Shown here piece by piece: positions 12,969-24,787 of a stretch of DNA of 64,000 bases. A program made the translations under genes and the position numbers. Each line of letters starts with the position of its first letter. Position 1 is the first letter of the stretch. The notes beneath the pieces are model-generated. The model saw nothing but the letters and a program-made list of their open reading frames with translations, did no database searches and had not been told where the DNA came from. Origin of the DNA: Yuukianura sp. NJ FZ-2021 (lineage: Eukaryota); NCBI GenBank assembly GCA_046563655.1, contig CM102287.1, positions 5,270,001 through 5,334,000 on the forward strand, in the 5' to 3' direction.

Positions 12969-14273
12969 ATGTTCCTGGATAGACTCAATTTCTGGAGACG
13001 CAGATGGAAAGCACGACAAAAGGCAGTACTAGTCAAAGGGTTGTTTCTAATCATAATTACTTTTGGAATTATTACGACTTTGCACCTTGTTGAAAATCAA
13101 GCTTCAACGATTAATGGAGCCAGGGAAGCGTTACAGTTCATCTTGATGTCCCAGGGTACTCCGAGTTCGGCCTTCGTTCTTCCGGATTCGGACACTTTGG
13201 TCCATAATCCACAAAGTCAATGCAATGCGGTAAGCCAGCGTGTTTCGTTTTTAACAACCTTCACAGTTTTACAAAATTTAAACGTTCTTGAGATGCGAAC
13301 TTTTCAGTGTAATTTTACTTCCAGGAAAATGGATCCAAGGTTTTTACACTGTTCATCGTGGTGTCCGCTCCTGCGAATTTAGCTGCGCGAGATGTGATAC
13401 GATCTGGATTCAAGTTCTATCTGAGAGAGTACGACAATGAAAACCGTATTCATTTTGAACCTACTGAAAAACTAAATACTCTCCTGTTTTTTACCGGGTT
13501 ACCTCAAAAACAAGTTGAAAAAGTGCGGGTGAAATCAGAGTAAAATTTTTGAAGTTACTGTAATCTTTTGTATTGCATATTGCATTCGTTTTTCATTATA
13601 GCGCAAGCTCCTCAATGAAGCAAGCCTCCATGGAGACCTCATTATCGACGACTTCAGAGATTCCTACATGAATCTAACGCTCAAGTCCCTCCGATTGCTG
13701 AAATGGATTGAACAAAACTGTTACAACGCCGAGTTCACCGTCAAAGTGGACGACGACGTCCATGTTAATTTAAGGAGACTGATGCGTCGGCTGAAAAGAA
13801 TCTCAACCAAAGGTACCGGGGAGAGTATGATTGGTGGACAGTTGCGAGTCAATGAGGAGCCGGTACGAGATCCGTCTTCAGACTTTGGAAAATGGTACAC
13901 TCCGTTGGACTTGTGGCCACACCCTACGTTTCCTAACTTCGTCGCAGGATTCTTCTACATAATGGGGAAAGAAGCAAGGTCAAAAGTATACAAGAAAGCA
14001 CTTCTCAAACCCCTGTTTCACCTAGAAGATGTCTTCGTCACTGGAATAGTGGCTGAAGGTGTCCCAGAAATCAAACTAGCAAACCTATCACTAACTACTG
14101 ATGCTTGGGATTCTTGGAAAAATGGGAGGACATCCAGTTGCGACATCCAAAACCTGTACATGGGGATACACTTCCATATGAAACTGTTCAACCACTTGGA
14201 CTGCTGGAAGGATTTCAACGACAAGGACTTTGTCTGCAGTAGCTTGCCACTCAGCACCCACTGCCAGCTTTAG
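12969..14273 (+). CDS. GT31 beta-1,3-galactosyltransferase-like, copy D
   Basis: Three exons. Exons 1-2 are nearly identical to copy B. Motifs KVDDDV and EDVFVTG. Confidence 0.92.
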
Positions 14274-15131
14274 TACTGATGATGATGATCATTTCAACGT
14301 TCAGGTCACAAATTAGAGTTTGTCCATACTATGTACGAAACTCACCTTAAAATCTAATTTGAGGCACCTACTGAAATTAAGGTTCTAAACTGCGTGGTGA
14401 GTAATTGTCTAACAATAGTTTTGTAATTCTTCCAAATACTAATGTACTAGTACAAATGCGACCTTAGACCTTACCATATTTTTGAAATCTAGATTAGATT
14501 TACCAAAATCCGGCTGCTTTTCTCTTAGAAACTGCTAAATAACTATTTTTCGATAAAGACGATATAAAGATTTTAGTGTTTGGTACATTTGGTTTGGTTA
14601 ATCTGTGGTAACTTGATTCCTGTGACGTTGATTAACTTTTTTACTGATTTTGATTACTTGATCATTTTTTTTTTCGAAAAAAAATTTTTGGTTTGTATAA
14701 CAGATTTTGTAGCGTCATTGCAAAGTACACGTCAGTTCATAATTCTATCAATCTAAAACCAGACTTCTACCATAAAAAATGTATCAGGTAATTGGTAATG
14801 TATCAAATGTATTAATTCTAGGATTTTATGCTTTGCATAATTCAACAGAGAAATCGTGTCACTCATAAACATTTGATTTGTTTATTTTCAGGTTATATGA
14901 AGATCCAATCCAGACTGCAACGTCAACTTCCAAATGATGGAATGTTGGCTACCAGCCAATTTTGGGATAAGGAAGAAGATTCAGCTTTGCGTTTCTGAAG
15001 AGGAAACTTTGCGGTTGTGGAGCACAAGGAAATCTGTTAGTTTACAGGATTTATGCATAATGGGATCAAGTGTTCCAAGTTTTTAGTAAGTGAGTCACAT
15101 CCATCAGTGAATCTGTGGTTGGAGGGAGGAT

Positions 15132-16481
15132 ATGCTGCTGCTGGAGAAAATCAGTTTTTGGATACGCAGATCCAGAGGACGGAAGAAAACATTAGTCAAG
15201 GGCTTGATTCTCATTGCCTTTGGAATTATTTTGATTTTGTGCCTGGAGAATCGAAAATGGGCGTCTATGGCCAAAGTGAAAGAAGAAGCTGATGCTGAGA
15301 TTGAATTCTTTGTGAGGTCACGTGGAACTCCGAGTTCCGTTTTTGTTCTTCCGGATTCGGACACTGTGGTCTTCAATCCACAGAGTCACTGCAACGTGGT
15401 AAGTTTTTCTAAATTTTTGAACATATCGGTCCAATTTTTATTGGTTCATCAAGAATTTTCAAAAATGAAAAAATTCCGAATCTGAAGAATCCTAACTTTC
15501 TATATTTTTTATTTCAGGACAATGGATCTAATGTATTCACCCTGTTTATGGTTGTGTCAGCTCCAGCAAACAAAGCTGCCAGAGATGTGATTCGAGCTGG
15601 ATTTAAATTCTACCTGAGAGAATACAACAAAGAAGTTGGTGGCCATTTTGAATTTGGTCAAAAGCAAAACACGCTTCTCTTTTTTGTCGGTTTGCCACAA
15701 ACATCCAGTGAAAGGGTATCCATTTTAAATTTTTGCAATTCAACTTTTTCTTCAGCAGTCTTTTTTTTTTTAAATTTCTAAAATGTCATAATTTGGCTTT
15801 TTTTTATAGCAAATTCTGCAAGATGAAGCTTCCCTCCACGGAGATCTCATCATAGACGACTTCAACGAATTCTACTTGAACCTTACGCTCAAGTCCATCC
15901 GACTTTTGAAGTGGGTTGAACAGAACTGCTACAACGCTCATTTTACAATTAAAGTTGACGATGACTTCCACATTAATATGCAAAAAGTGCTTGATTTCCT
16001 GGAGGTCACTTCACTACAAAACTCAAGTCTGGACTTTGTTGGTGGAAAACTACGGGTTGGAATTGAACCAATTCGAGATCCATTTTCAATCTATGGAAAA
16101 TGGTACACAACGTTAGAACTCTGGCCAAATGAAACTTATCCAGACTATATTGAAGGCTTCTTCTACGTTATGGGGAAGAGCGCAAGGTCAAAGATCTACA
16201 AGGAAGCACTGCTTACTCCTTTGTTCCACTTGGAAGATGTTTTCGTTACTGGAGTTGTAGCCAATGAGCGTCTGGGACTTAAATTGACCAACTTACCAAG
16301 AATATCCAATCACTGGACACCTTTCCTAAACATCTTCATGTCCAGTTGTGCCATTCAGAGACAGTATTGTGGAATCCATTTCCATTCGAAGTACTTTAAT
16401 TACTTGGATTGTTGGAAGGACTTTAACGAAAAACAGTTTTCTTGTAATAATTGGCCAATCATCACCCACTGTTGGTTCTAG
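15132..16481 (+). CDS. GT31 beta-1,3-galactosyltransferase-like, copy E
   Basis: Three exons. Motifs ESYLNLTLKS, KVDDD, YPDYIEG, EDVFVTG. Confidence 0.92.
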
Positions 16482-16530
16482 CGACGATAAGAGCTTAGTT
16501 CCAACAATGCGAGGAATTTGTAAGTTCGTA

Positions 16531-16736
16531 CAATGTTGCCTTTTTTCCGGGGATTTGATGATTCCCCGGGGATTCGAAGATTCCTCGGGAAATTGGAGTT
16601 TCCCCAAATTCGCGGGGATTTGGAGATTTTCGTGGCTCCGGTGATGTTTTGTATAGCATCCCCAAATCCCCATCTCCCAGCATGGGGAAACCCCTAATAA
16701 TCCCCATCCCCGTCCCCAGGGGTACTACCAACATCG
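16531..16736. mobile_element. Decayed, internally deleted relative of the 6227-6964 MITE, in inverted orientation
   Basis: CCGGGGATTTGATGATTCCCCGGGGATT matches the reverse complement of the MITE right end, and CCCCAAATCCCCATC matches the reverse complement of its left end. TIRs are degenerate and no TSD was found. Confidence 0.65.
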
Positions 16737-17279
16737 AGTTCGGAAATGCAATCAATATTTCTAAGACAATACGTACTCGAAGCGTCGTCAAATCTAATGT
16801 TTAACTCAACTTAATTTTGATTTAATGTATTTAACTGCCTTACTTTTTTTGGAGTTGTACTCTTTCTTTACTGTAAAATAATGAAATAAACTTAAAATGA
16901 TTAGCAAGTAGTGCATAGTTCTAAATTAACTTAATTAATTAATTAAGTTTTTAACTGAGAAACAAGTTGGAAGCTTATTGTTATAAAATGTTGCTTTTGA
17001 ATTGGGTGCTGTGAGACAGTTCCTCTGCGTTGCCGCGAATCAGCATTTCAAAAATGTCTTTGTTCCTGCATGTTATTCTGCCTTTTTTCTGATCATCTGA
17101 CCAAGACTTAGTTACTAATTACCTGGCGTAATAATTGTAAGTACTAATTAATCGTAATTAGTTAATTTTTAACACCTTATATTCGTTTTATGGTTGTTTT
17201 TGTTTCGTTTAGGTATGACAAATTTCTAAATTGGGACGAACGTGACCTCTAAATTCCAGTTGGCTGACATTGGGCTACG

Positions 17280-18680
17280 ATGTTGTACCGAATCAGCTTA
17301 TGTGCACGCAGGTCAGCAGGAATCGGACGTGGACGTCGAGCAGCGATCGTAAAAACGTTATGCTTAGTTTGTATTGCCATTATCTTCTACGCTGGAATAC
17401 GAAAATGGATGATGTCTTCATCTGGAGTAACCAAAGAAAAACCGGAAGCTTACCACGACACAGATGAAGAGGATGAGGCAGATATGGAAGTCTTCGTGCG
17501 GTCGTGGGTAACTCCTAGCGCTTCCTTTGTTCTACCGGATTCAGTGACTGTATTGCACAATCCTTACAGTAATTGTAATAAGGTAAGGAGGCCAAAACGT
17601 TTGTTAGAGTTCACAGTTTAATATTTAAATTACAAGACTATGAAATAAGGAAACCTGTAAGATTAGGCATTAGTTTTTTCTTTGGTTTCAGGACAATGGC
17701 TCCAATGTACTGGCTCTGTTCATCGTCGTTTCGCCTCCAGCAAATAAGGCTGCTCGAGATGCCATACGATCGGGATTTAAAATCCACCTTCGAAATCACA
17801 AAAGCCAAATCGGTAGCGCGTTGAGTCTTACAATGAAACCCAACAGTCTACTATTCTTTACTGGGATACCGGAAACACCAGCTGAACGGGTAAAGATTAA
17901 CTCAATTGTCCCGAAGATCTTAACTTTTATAACATCAAAAACAACTAACAAAGTGTCTAAAATTTTGCCAATATAAACTACTTGTTTCAGGGATTTCTTC
18001 TCAATGAAGCTACCGTGAATGGAGACCTCATCGTTGATGATTTGCTGGAATCTTCTATGAACCTCACGCTCAAGTCCCTTCGATTACTGAAATGGGTGGA
18101 ACGGAATTGTTACAATGCTGAGTTCATGATAAAAGTGGACGATCATTTCCACATAAACATGCGAATGCTGCTTGACGTTCTGGAGACTCTGTCAAGAGAC
18201 GGCTCAGGGAAGTCGTTGGTTGGCGGTCTACTCTCTACTAAGGATCTGCCAGTACCTTCAACTGCGATAATTGACGGGAAATGGCAGACAACATTGAAAC
18301 TGTTGCCAGATGAAGGTCGTCATGATATTGATGAGTACCTTGCAGGATTCTTCTATGTGTTTGGAAAGAAAGCCAGGTCAAAAATCTACAAGAAAGCACT
18401 GGAAATGCCAATGTTCTACATGGAAGATGTCTTCATCACTGGAATTGTAGCCAAGAAAGCCCTGGAATTGAGACTGACAAACTTTCCAAAAATTGCTTAT
18501 TTCTGGACACGATTCAAAAACTTAGTTGCATCGAGTTGTCAGATTCAAAATCTTTACTTGGGAATTCATTTCAATTCGGCCTTGTCCAACTACATGGATT
18601 GCTGGAAGAACTTCAACAGTAAGAACTTCACTTGCAGTAACTTTCCGCTCATCATCAGTCATAACTGTTGGTTTCAGTAA
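17280..18680 (+). CDS. GT31 beta-1,3-galactosyltransferase-like, copy F (most divergent)
   Basis: Three exons (approx 17280-17582, 17692-17889, 17991-18680). Motifs NLTLKS, KVDDH, EDVFITG. Confidence 0.88.
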
Positions 18681-19019
18681 GTACGCTCTTAACTAGATAA
18701 ACTTTTATTCAATTATAAATTACATTTGTGGCTACTATGCTTATTTAACATAAAGTATCTAAAATGTACAGAGTTTTAAACGCATTTCGTAAAAATTTAC
18801 GAAATCGCGCGGTAAATTATGTACGTAAAAACTGAATTTTTTAATTCCGCCACAAATGGGCCACGGACGAATGTCTGTGGAACCATTGCATGTCAGTTCA
18901 TTTGACATTACCATCCTAACAACATTTAACACGTAAGTCTTCTTTTTCCAATTTTTCAATCAGCTGAAGCGTCCACGAGTCGCTTTTTATTTCACTACAG
19001 TAACCGTTTTAAACTTAGC

Positions 19020-19590
19020 TTTTTATTAAGTATCGTCAGATACTTATAGGGATCGTAATGTCCGTCCGTCTGTCTGTCCGTCTGTCTGTCTGTCCGTCTG
19101 TCTGTCCGTCCGTCCGTCTGTATACTAGCTACAATATCTCTGGAACCGCTGGACCGATTTTCAATCTGTCTTCAAAGATGAACTACACATGGTCCAGGGA
19201 TGAACAAGTCGTTTTCGGTTTGACCGGAAGTGGCCAACTTCCGGGTCAAAGGTCAAGGTCAAGTACATTTTCGACGGAATTAGGAAAAATGGCCTCTACA
19301 AAGGTTGTTCATTTCAATGAGAGGAACAACTTTGCTATAGGTGACCTTGACCTTTGACCTACGGTTCTGGAGATATAAACAATGAAAGTTGCAAAATGGC
19401 GTCGCTCATTCTACGCGCGTCTATAACTCACGAACCACTGGACAGATTTTCAACCTGTCTTCACAGATGACCTTCACATGGTACAGGGGTGACTAATCGG
19501 TCTCTAGGTTAGATTAGGTCAACCATATTTGGCGCGGGAACGTTCTATAATTGATCTGACGATACTTATTTACATCATCTTTGTAAGAAG
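19020..19590 (+). mobile_element. DINE-1/HINE-like non-autonomous Helentron element
   Basis: 14-bp subterminal inverted repeats AAGTATCGTCAGAT (19028-19041) / ATCTGACGATACTT (19554-19567). Also a 5' hairpin TAAGTATC-gtca-GATACTTA, a (GTCY)n microsatellite at 19060-19120, an internal direct repeat (about 19144 and 19433), a small 3' stem-loop and T-rich flanks. Confidence 0.8.
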
Positions 19591-19741
19591 TTTATTACTG
19601 TATAGAAAGCTACTTTATGGTTGACCTTGTCTGTCTGTCTGTCTGGCCGCCCGTAAGTTTTGAGCTGCCGTTCGCTAATGCCACTTTCGTACACTTCTGG
19701 TTACGATCAGATTTTTTCAATTATTCGTTGGATATTTAGCG

Positions 19742-22276
19742 TCAGGTAATATGTACTTTTGTTTTCTTGAAATAAAGTCGAGGGATTTTGACGTGCCGAA
19801 GATTTTCAAATATTAGAACTAAAATAGAAAGTATAGAAAAAAACAGAAAAGTATAAAAAATTGTGCAAATGTTTGACTTTAAGCTGGCAGGAGTGAATTG
19901 AAATGGATTCAGGTTTTTGAGCGCTTTCATTTGAACTTTTTGTGTACGCGTTGGATGTAGTTTTTTAGTCCACTTTGTCCAAATTTGTGCAATTCCATGT
20001 GCTAGCAGCTTTAGAAGCCTTCTGTATACATGAACAGCACCGGGTAGATCCGTATCTTTCAATACAATTCCATAGTTTGTATGGAGCAACTTTTGATTAA
20101 TTTTCATATAAGTTACGTTTTTCTTGTAATGGATTTCCAACAAGTTCAGAAGTGCGACAACTCGCGAATGATCAGAAATATATCCCGTTTTGTCACACCT
20201 TTTGAGACGCTCATGAACTTCTTTGTAGTAGCCATCGTAGGTTAGATATTGCATCTCTATCTCGACTAAAACTGCTTTACTAAATGGAAATGGAGCACCA
20301 TGTACAGAAATTGTTGAATTATGGACACTAATTCCATAAACATGAGGCTTGTACAAGTTCTTCGGAAGTTGTGCAGAAAATTTCAAAATATCGGAAATTG
20401 GAACTTCTGTTCCATTTTTTGCCAAAATCTTTTTATGATTCCTGTAATCTTCCAAAACAGATCTGAAGCGTTTTTCGTTTGTATTTCCCGGTTTGTACAT
20501 TCGACAAAATCCAGAAATTGGTGGTTTGTTAATAACAATGCCGAGTGCATCTAGCTTCAATTTGACGCTGGAGCAATTTTCATGCTTAGGAAGATGATGA
20601 TGAATGTCTTTGTCACTTTCATGTCGAGGTCCAGAAAGATGCGGAACCATTTCCAGAATATCCGGAAAACACAAACAGCCCATCAAGTTTGCTAAGTTTT
20701 CAATGCGGTATCCAAATTTCGGAACAGTTTTTGAGTGGTGAATCGAGTCAAACGTTGAAAAAAATGAACGTGAAACGTAAAAGACAAAATTTGAAGTTTC
20801 GCTGACATTGGAATGAGTTGCGCTGGGAGGAGCATCGATCGTGAACTTGGAACTTACAATTCCCTTGTAAGCATTCATGATTATCACGGTCATAAGAGCC
20901 CATAAACTTAACATAAATTCGAATTTTGAAAATATCTTGAGTCCTTTTTCTAAATAGTGAGACATGCTTGGAAATTCAAAAGTTAGTGAAATGTTATAAT
21001 ACAAAATGGAGGAGAAAATGGAACGGGAGGAAATGGGCAGAGAATTTGAATCTTGACGAGGAACAAGTTTCGTCTTAAATTTCAAAAACAGAGTTCCCGC
21101 CAGGGGCAGCACAAGGCAAACGTAACCGAAGTACAAGATCCATGACGCAGGGTCGTACGGTGTGAAGTAGAACATGAACGAAAGTGGTTGACTTACACCA
21201 TCGCATGTAAAAACTGTCGTGTACTCATCACCGAGAGGGATAACTTCAACGCAATTTTTATCTCCACGAGTTAGCAACTTCTGTGTAGAAACTTTCGAGG
21301 CATACTCAAAAAATGCCATCTTTTTAAAACTGTCGTTCCAACGTCTGGCATAGTGGTTTCTCAAGTTCCAAATTTCTTTTGAAAAATTTTCAAAATCAAT
21401 CCAAAAATCAATTCCTTCTACAACCAAATATTGCAATACATTATTCTTTTCTTTGTAGACTTTAAACGGGTTGTTATAATTTGTGGAAACAATTTCTTTC
21501 CAACTGATGAAACTTTTTGATGACAAATAAGTTTTGTTAACATAAAAATCCAAAAGGTGGGCATTTTGATCTAGTATTAACGAATCAATATGAATTTTCC
21601 CGCCAAAAAGAACATTGTCCAAGGTCTTTTCAATTTCAAAACGACATTTGAAATTGTCAGTACTGATGAAGCAACTTTCCATTTCCAGTTCAAATACAGA
21701 TGGAACTTTATGAAATACTTTTTGAGGCAGCATTTGTGCAACTTTAACTTTCTGAATGAGATACACTTCCTCTCCGTGACCCTTCGTTTGGTTTAGAAAG
21801 TATGAAATTATGAATTCAATTCTCTTGTGATACAGAAGGCTGTTAACTATACGTCCAGTTAAGGTAAATTCAACATCAGACTTTACAAAAATGTGCACGT
21901 ATGTGGTAGATCCTGGAGGAAGAGTAGACAATAGCTTTCGGAAGCGCCAGCGCTTGAAATCCTCAAAAGAACGAAATTTCATTTCTGGAAAGAAAGCGAA
22001 TACGGACGTGTTGAAATGTGACATGCGCGTAGTAGAGTTTTGTATGCTCAATAATTTTTTGAAATCAAAACGCGAACGAAGCGGGTTGTGTTCTTGGTAG
22101 AAGAAAATAGGGGTTGAAATCGATGTTTGCATGTCCAAATCCTTTGAAAAGGAAACAATAAAAATTGTGCAATCGTTGTACTCTGACAGTAATGGACTAA
22201 AATTTTGAATAATTTTTTGAATCGTAAATGCCGGAAAAAACAGAACAACAAACAACACTTTTGCAATACCCATCAT
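19742..22276 (-). CDS. Intronless divergent ionotropic-receptor-like (variant iGluR) membrane protein
   Basis: 850-codon ORF, first ATG at 22276. Signal peptide, pre-M1/M1 (FYFTPYDPASWILY), M2-like LWALMTVIIMNAYKGIVSSKFT (SYTANL equivalent), and final TM after PASLKSNI. Confidence 0.72.
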   Translation of the reverse strand: MMGIAKVLFVVLFFPAFTIQKIIQNFSPLLSEYNDCTIFIVSFSKDLDMQTSISTPIFFYQEHNPLRSRFDFKKLLSIQNSTTRMSHFNTSVFAFFPEMKFRSFEDFKRWRFRKLLSTLPPGSTTYVHIFVKSDVEFTLTGRIVNSLLYHKRIEFIISYFLNQTKGHGEEVYLIQKVKVAQMLPQKVFHKVPSVFELEMESCFISTDNFKCRFEIEKTLDNVLFGGKIHIDSLILDQNAHLLDFYVNKTYLSSKSFISWKEIVSTNYNNPFKVYKEKNNVLQYLVVEGIDFWIDFENFSKEIWNLRNHYARRWNDSFKKMAFFEYASKVSTQKLLTRGDKNCVEVIPLGDEYTTVFTCDGVSQPLSFMFYFTPYDPASWILYFGYVCLVLPLAGTLFLKFKTKLVPRQDSNSLPISSRSIFSSILYYNISLTFEFPSMSHYLEKGLKIFSKFEFMLSLWALMTVIIMNAYKGIVSSKFTIDAPPSATHSNVSETSNFVFYVSRSFFSTFDSIHHSKTVPKFGYRIENLANLMGCLCFPDILEMVPHLSGPRHESDKDIHHHLPKHENCSSVKLKLDALGIVINKPPISGFCRMYKPGNTNEKRFRSVLEDYRNHKKILAKNGTEVPISDILKFSAQLPKNLYKPHVYGISVHNSTISVHGAPFPFSKAVLVEIEMQYLTYDGYYKEVHERLKRCDKTGYISDHSRVVALLNLLEIHYKKNVTYMKINQKLLHTNYGIVLKDTDLPGAVHVYRRLLKLLAHGIAQIWTKWTKKLHPTRTQKVQMKALKNLNPFQFTPASLKSNICTIFYTFLFFSILSILVLIFENLRHVKIPRLYFKKTKVHIT

Positions 22277-22399
22277 ATCAGTTATTCGGATCAAAAATGG
22301 TAAAACTGATGGCCGAAATTGATTTCTGCAATTTTTGAATCGCTATGCATTTCAAATTTTCGTAATTTAATATGCTAAAATTTTCAATTAATATGGTAG

Positions 22400-22895
22400 C
22401 AAGGTAACTAAACATAAACAAACACGCGCTTTCTAAGGTAGTCTCACGAGCGGTTTTTTAATATTTTTTTGCGATATTTTTTGGTGGGGCGGATTGTTTG
22501 TTTTTTAAACATTCCTCTGACAACGTTTTCCTTCGGTCGGAGTACAAAATCAAATTCCTCCTTTGTGACCATCCAGTGTACCCAATCGTCGGGCATGTGG
22601 TTTGCATTGATTTTAGGATTGGAAAATGGAATGGAGTAAACAAATTTTACGCTTATAACTACTACAAATTCAATGCAACTCAATGACAAATAGTTGATTT
22701 GCGTAAAATACTGAACGCTGGGTACAACCAACACATCATTGTTACCTCAACCAACCTTTGCACGAACTTTATACAGTTTTATTTCCTTGGAAACCGAACA
22801 ATCCGCCCCACCAAAAAATATCGCAAAAAAATATTAAAAAACCGCTCGTGAGACTACCTTAGAAAGCGCGTGTGTGTTTATGTTTAGTTACCTTG
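22400..22895. mobile_element. MITE (496 bp) with about 100-bp TIRs and 8-bp TSD (P- or hAT-superfamily)
   Basis: TIR CAAGGTAACTAAACATAAAC...GGGGCGGATTGTT is mirrored at about 22797-22895. Perfect TSD TATGGTAG at 22392-22399 and 22896-22903. Confidence 0.94.
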
Positions 22896-23819
22896 TATGG
22901 TAGGTATTGTGTAAGCATTTGTTTTGACATGAAATGACTTTTTATTCAATTTCGTTGATGATCCGATCGCATGTCAACAAATATGACAATTCGGCACATC
23001 CTCCTTAGCCTGCCATGGCCACTGGTTCAATATCCCACCACAGTTTGACATCATCGGAGCAGATCACTCGTTGAAATGTCAATTTAGGATTAGTGAAGGT
23101 AAATAGAATACTTATAGGTAGGGTCCCTTAAAATTGTTTTTTCAAAACCGAGTTGCTATGGGATTTTTTTCACTCCGAGTTCACTCGTCTACAGTGTTGT
23201 TCAACATTTTCATCATTTTAGTCTCAATACTTTCGCCGCAAAGTTAAAAATAGCTTAAAAACTCGGATGAACCTGTATTTTCACTCGGAGTGACGTCACT
23301 GCGAGTGAAATTGTAAACAACTCAAGAATCGGTTTTGGTCGCTAAGGCATTTTTGCCACCACCTTTAGTGTTGGCTTCTGCTGGTTTATACAGTACAACA
23401 AGCACATACGTGGAAGTGATGCCGTGACGACGTGAGTTAACTTTTGAGTCACCTTTCACAACTGTGACATCGACAATGCCTATGATAATGCCCACATTAC
23501 GACGATTTCTGAGCTTAGTAGTCAATGAAAAAGTTAATGATAGCCACTCAAACGCCTGTCACCTCATCATGCACCAATGTCTAGCTGAAGGTGAAAACAT
23601 TTTGTTCAAAATTCTTCAAAATTTTGGTAAAATACGAAGCTATTGCCTTGGATTGTTCCCTTGTCCTTACATTTTAGTTTAAGAAAATATACGGGCTTTA
23701 TTTAATATTTCCACTAAAGTTTTTAAGGTTTTTCGAAATTTAAAATATACATGAGGGTTAAATTATAACAACGAAGCAGCAAGGTGTTTGGACAACTTCA
23801 TCAACCTTGGCCAGCAGTA

Positions 23820-24237
23820 TCATCCATCAGTAGCTGGTGCTTGTGTCGTAGTTATGGCTCCACCAAGTACTGCCTGGATCAGTGGTACCAGTACTTTTCT
23901 TAAAGTCACAAATGTCACGGCGGGAGTGTCAGTCGGAAGATTCGGACTGTTGATGATGTTAGAAATGGCACTTGAATCCAAACTCAGGACTGTAAACATT
24001 CGAAATTCAATTATAACTATGATTAGTATTTGAAAAGTTTCAATTTCTTGCGATGTAATGCTTTTTTTTCGTAGTAATAAACTGGGTTTGTACAAAATTC
24101 GTTTTATTTGATCGGTTTTTTCTCTTACGTCTTGGTTCTTTCTTAACGAAATCCGTTTCGGTGTTTGGTCCTGCCGGGAATCCAACAACAATCGTAAGCG
24201 ACAGAGCTACTACAACAAGTGATACTATGCAGTGCAT
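23820..24237 (-). CDS. Small secreted protein (about 92 aa), function unknown
   Basis: Exons 24237-24129 and 23989-23820 join through a phase-1 GTAAGA...TTACAG intron: MHCIVSLVVVALSLTIVVGFPAGPNTETDFVKKEPR-LLSLDSSAISNIINSPNLPTDTPAVTFVTLRKVLVPLIQAVLGGAITTTQAPATDG. Confidence 0.7.
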
Positions 24238-24787
24238 TTTGCGATACTTTTTTTAACTAGTGCTAAACTGTATTGAACTTAGTCCAAGAAAAATGTGAGA
24301 GTTTTTTTTTTTAAATTGAAACTTTCAGAAAACTTCAAATTTTTAGAATTTTTTTATGAGAATTGAAATTATACTAAATGTGCAATAGAAAATGTTCATA
24401 TTGACATTAGGAACCGAATGCCAGTTTTATATGAAAGAATCCAGAAGTGAAAGGAAGCGTTGACCTTCTGTGAATTGTCATGAAAATTTCCAGGCTCTTT
24501 GTAATGGAAATGGGTTAAAATTTGAACGTTTTCCTGCTACTCGGAAGAAATCAACTACTGATTTAAAAAATAAGTTCAAAATGCTAAAATTGTAGCAAAA
24601 AAGTACAACGAATATTCAATCTACGTGCTAGCATATGCTTCATTTTATTCGAAAACAGGAATTAGGAACATAGAACAGTTTAAACTTCCTTGTCCAAATC
24701 TAAAAAGCAATTTACATTCATTCTATTTTACATTGTCTTTCTAAAATTAGCATTCTGATTTCCTATTTTTTAGAATCTCGGATCTCT

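Noticed and set aside
19058..19357. 99-aa ORF starting MSVRLSVRLSVCPSV
   Set aside because: It is a translation of the GTCY microsatellite of the HINE-like element.
22444..22734. ORFs within the MITE as a transposase remnant
   Set aside because: Short, overlapping the TIR, and with no THAP or DDE motif recognisable.
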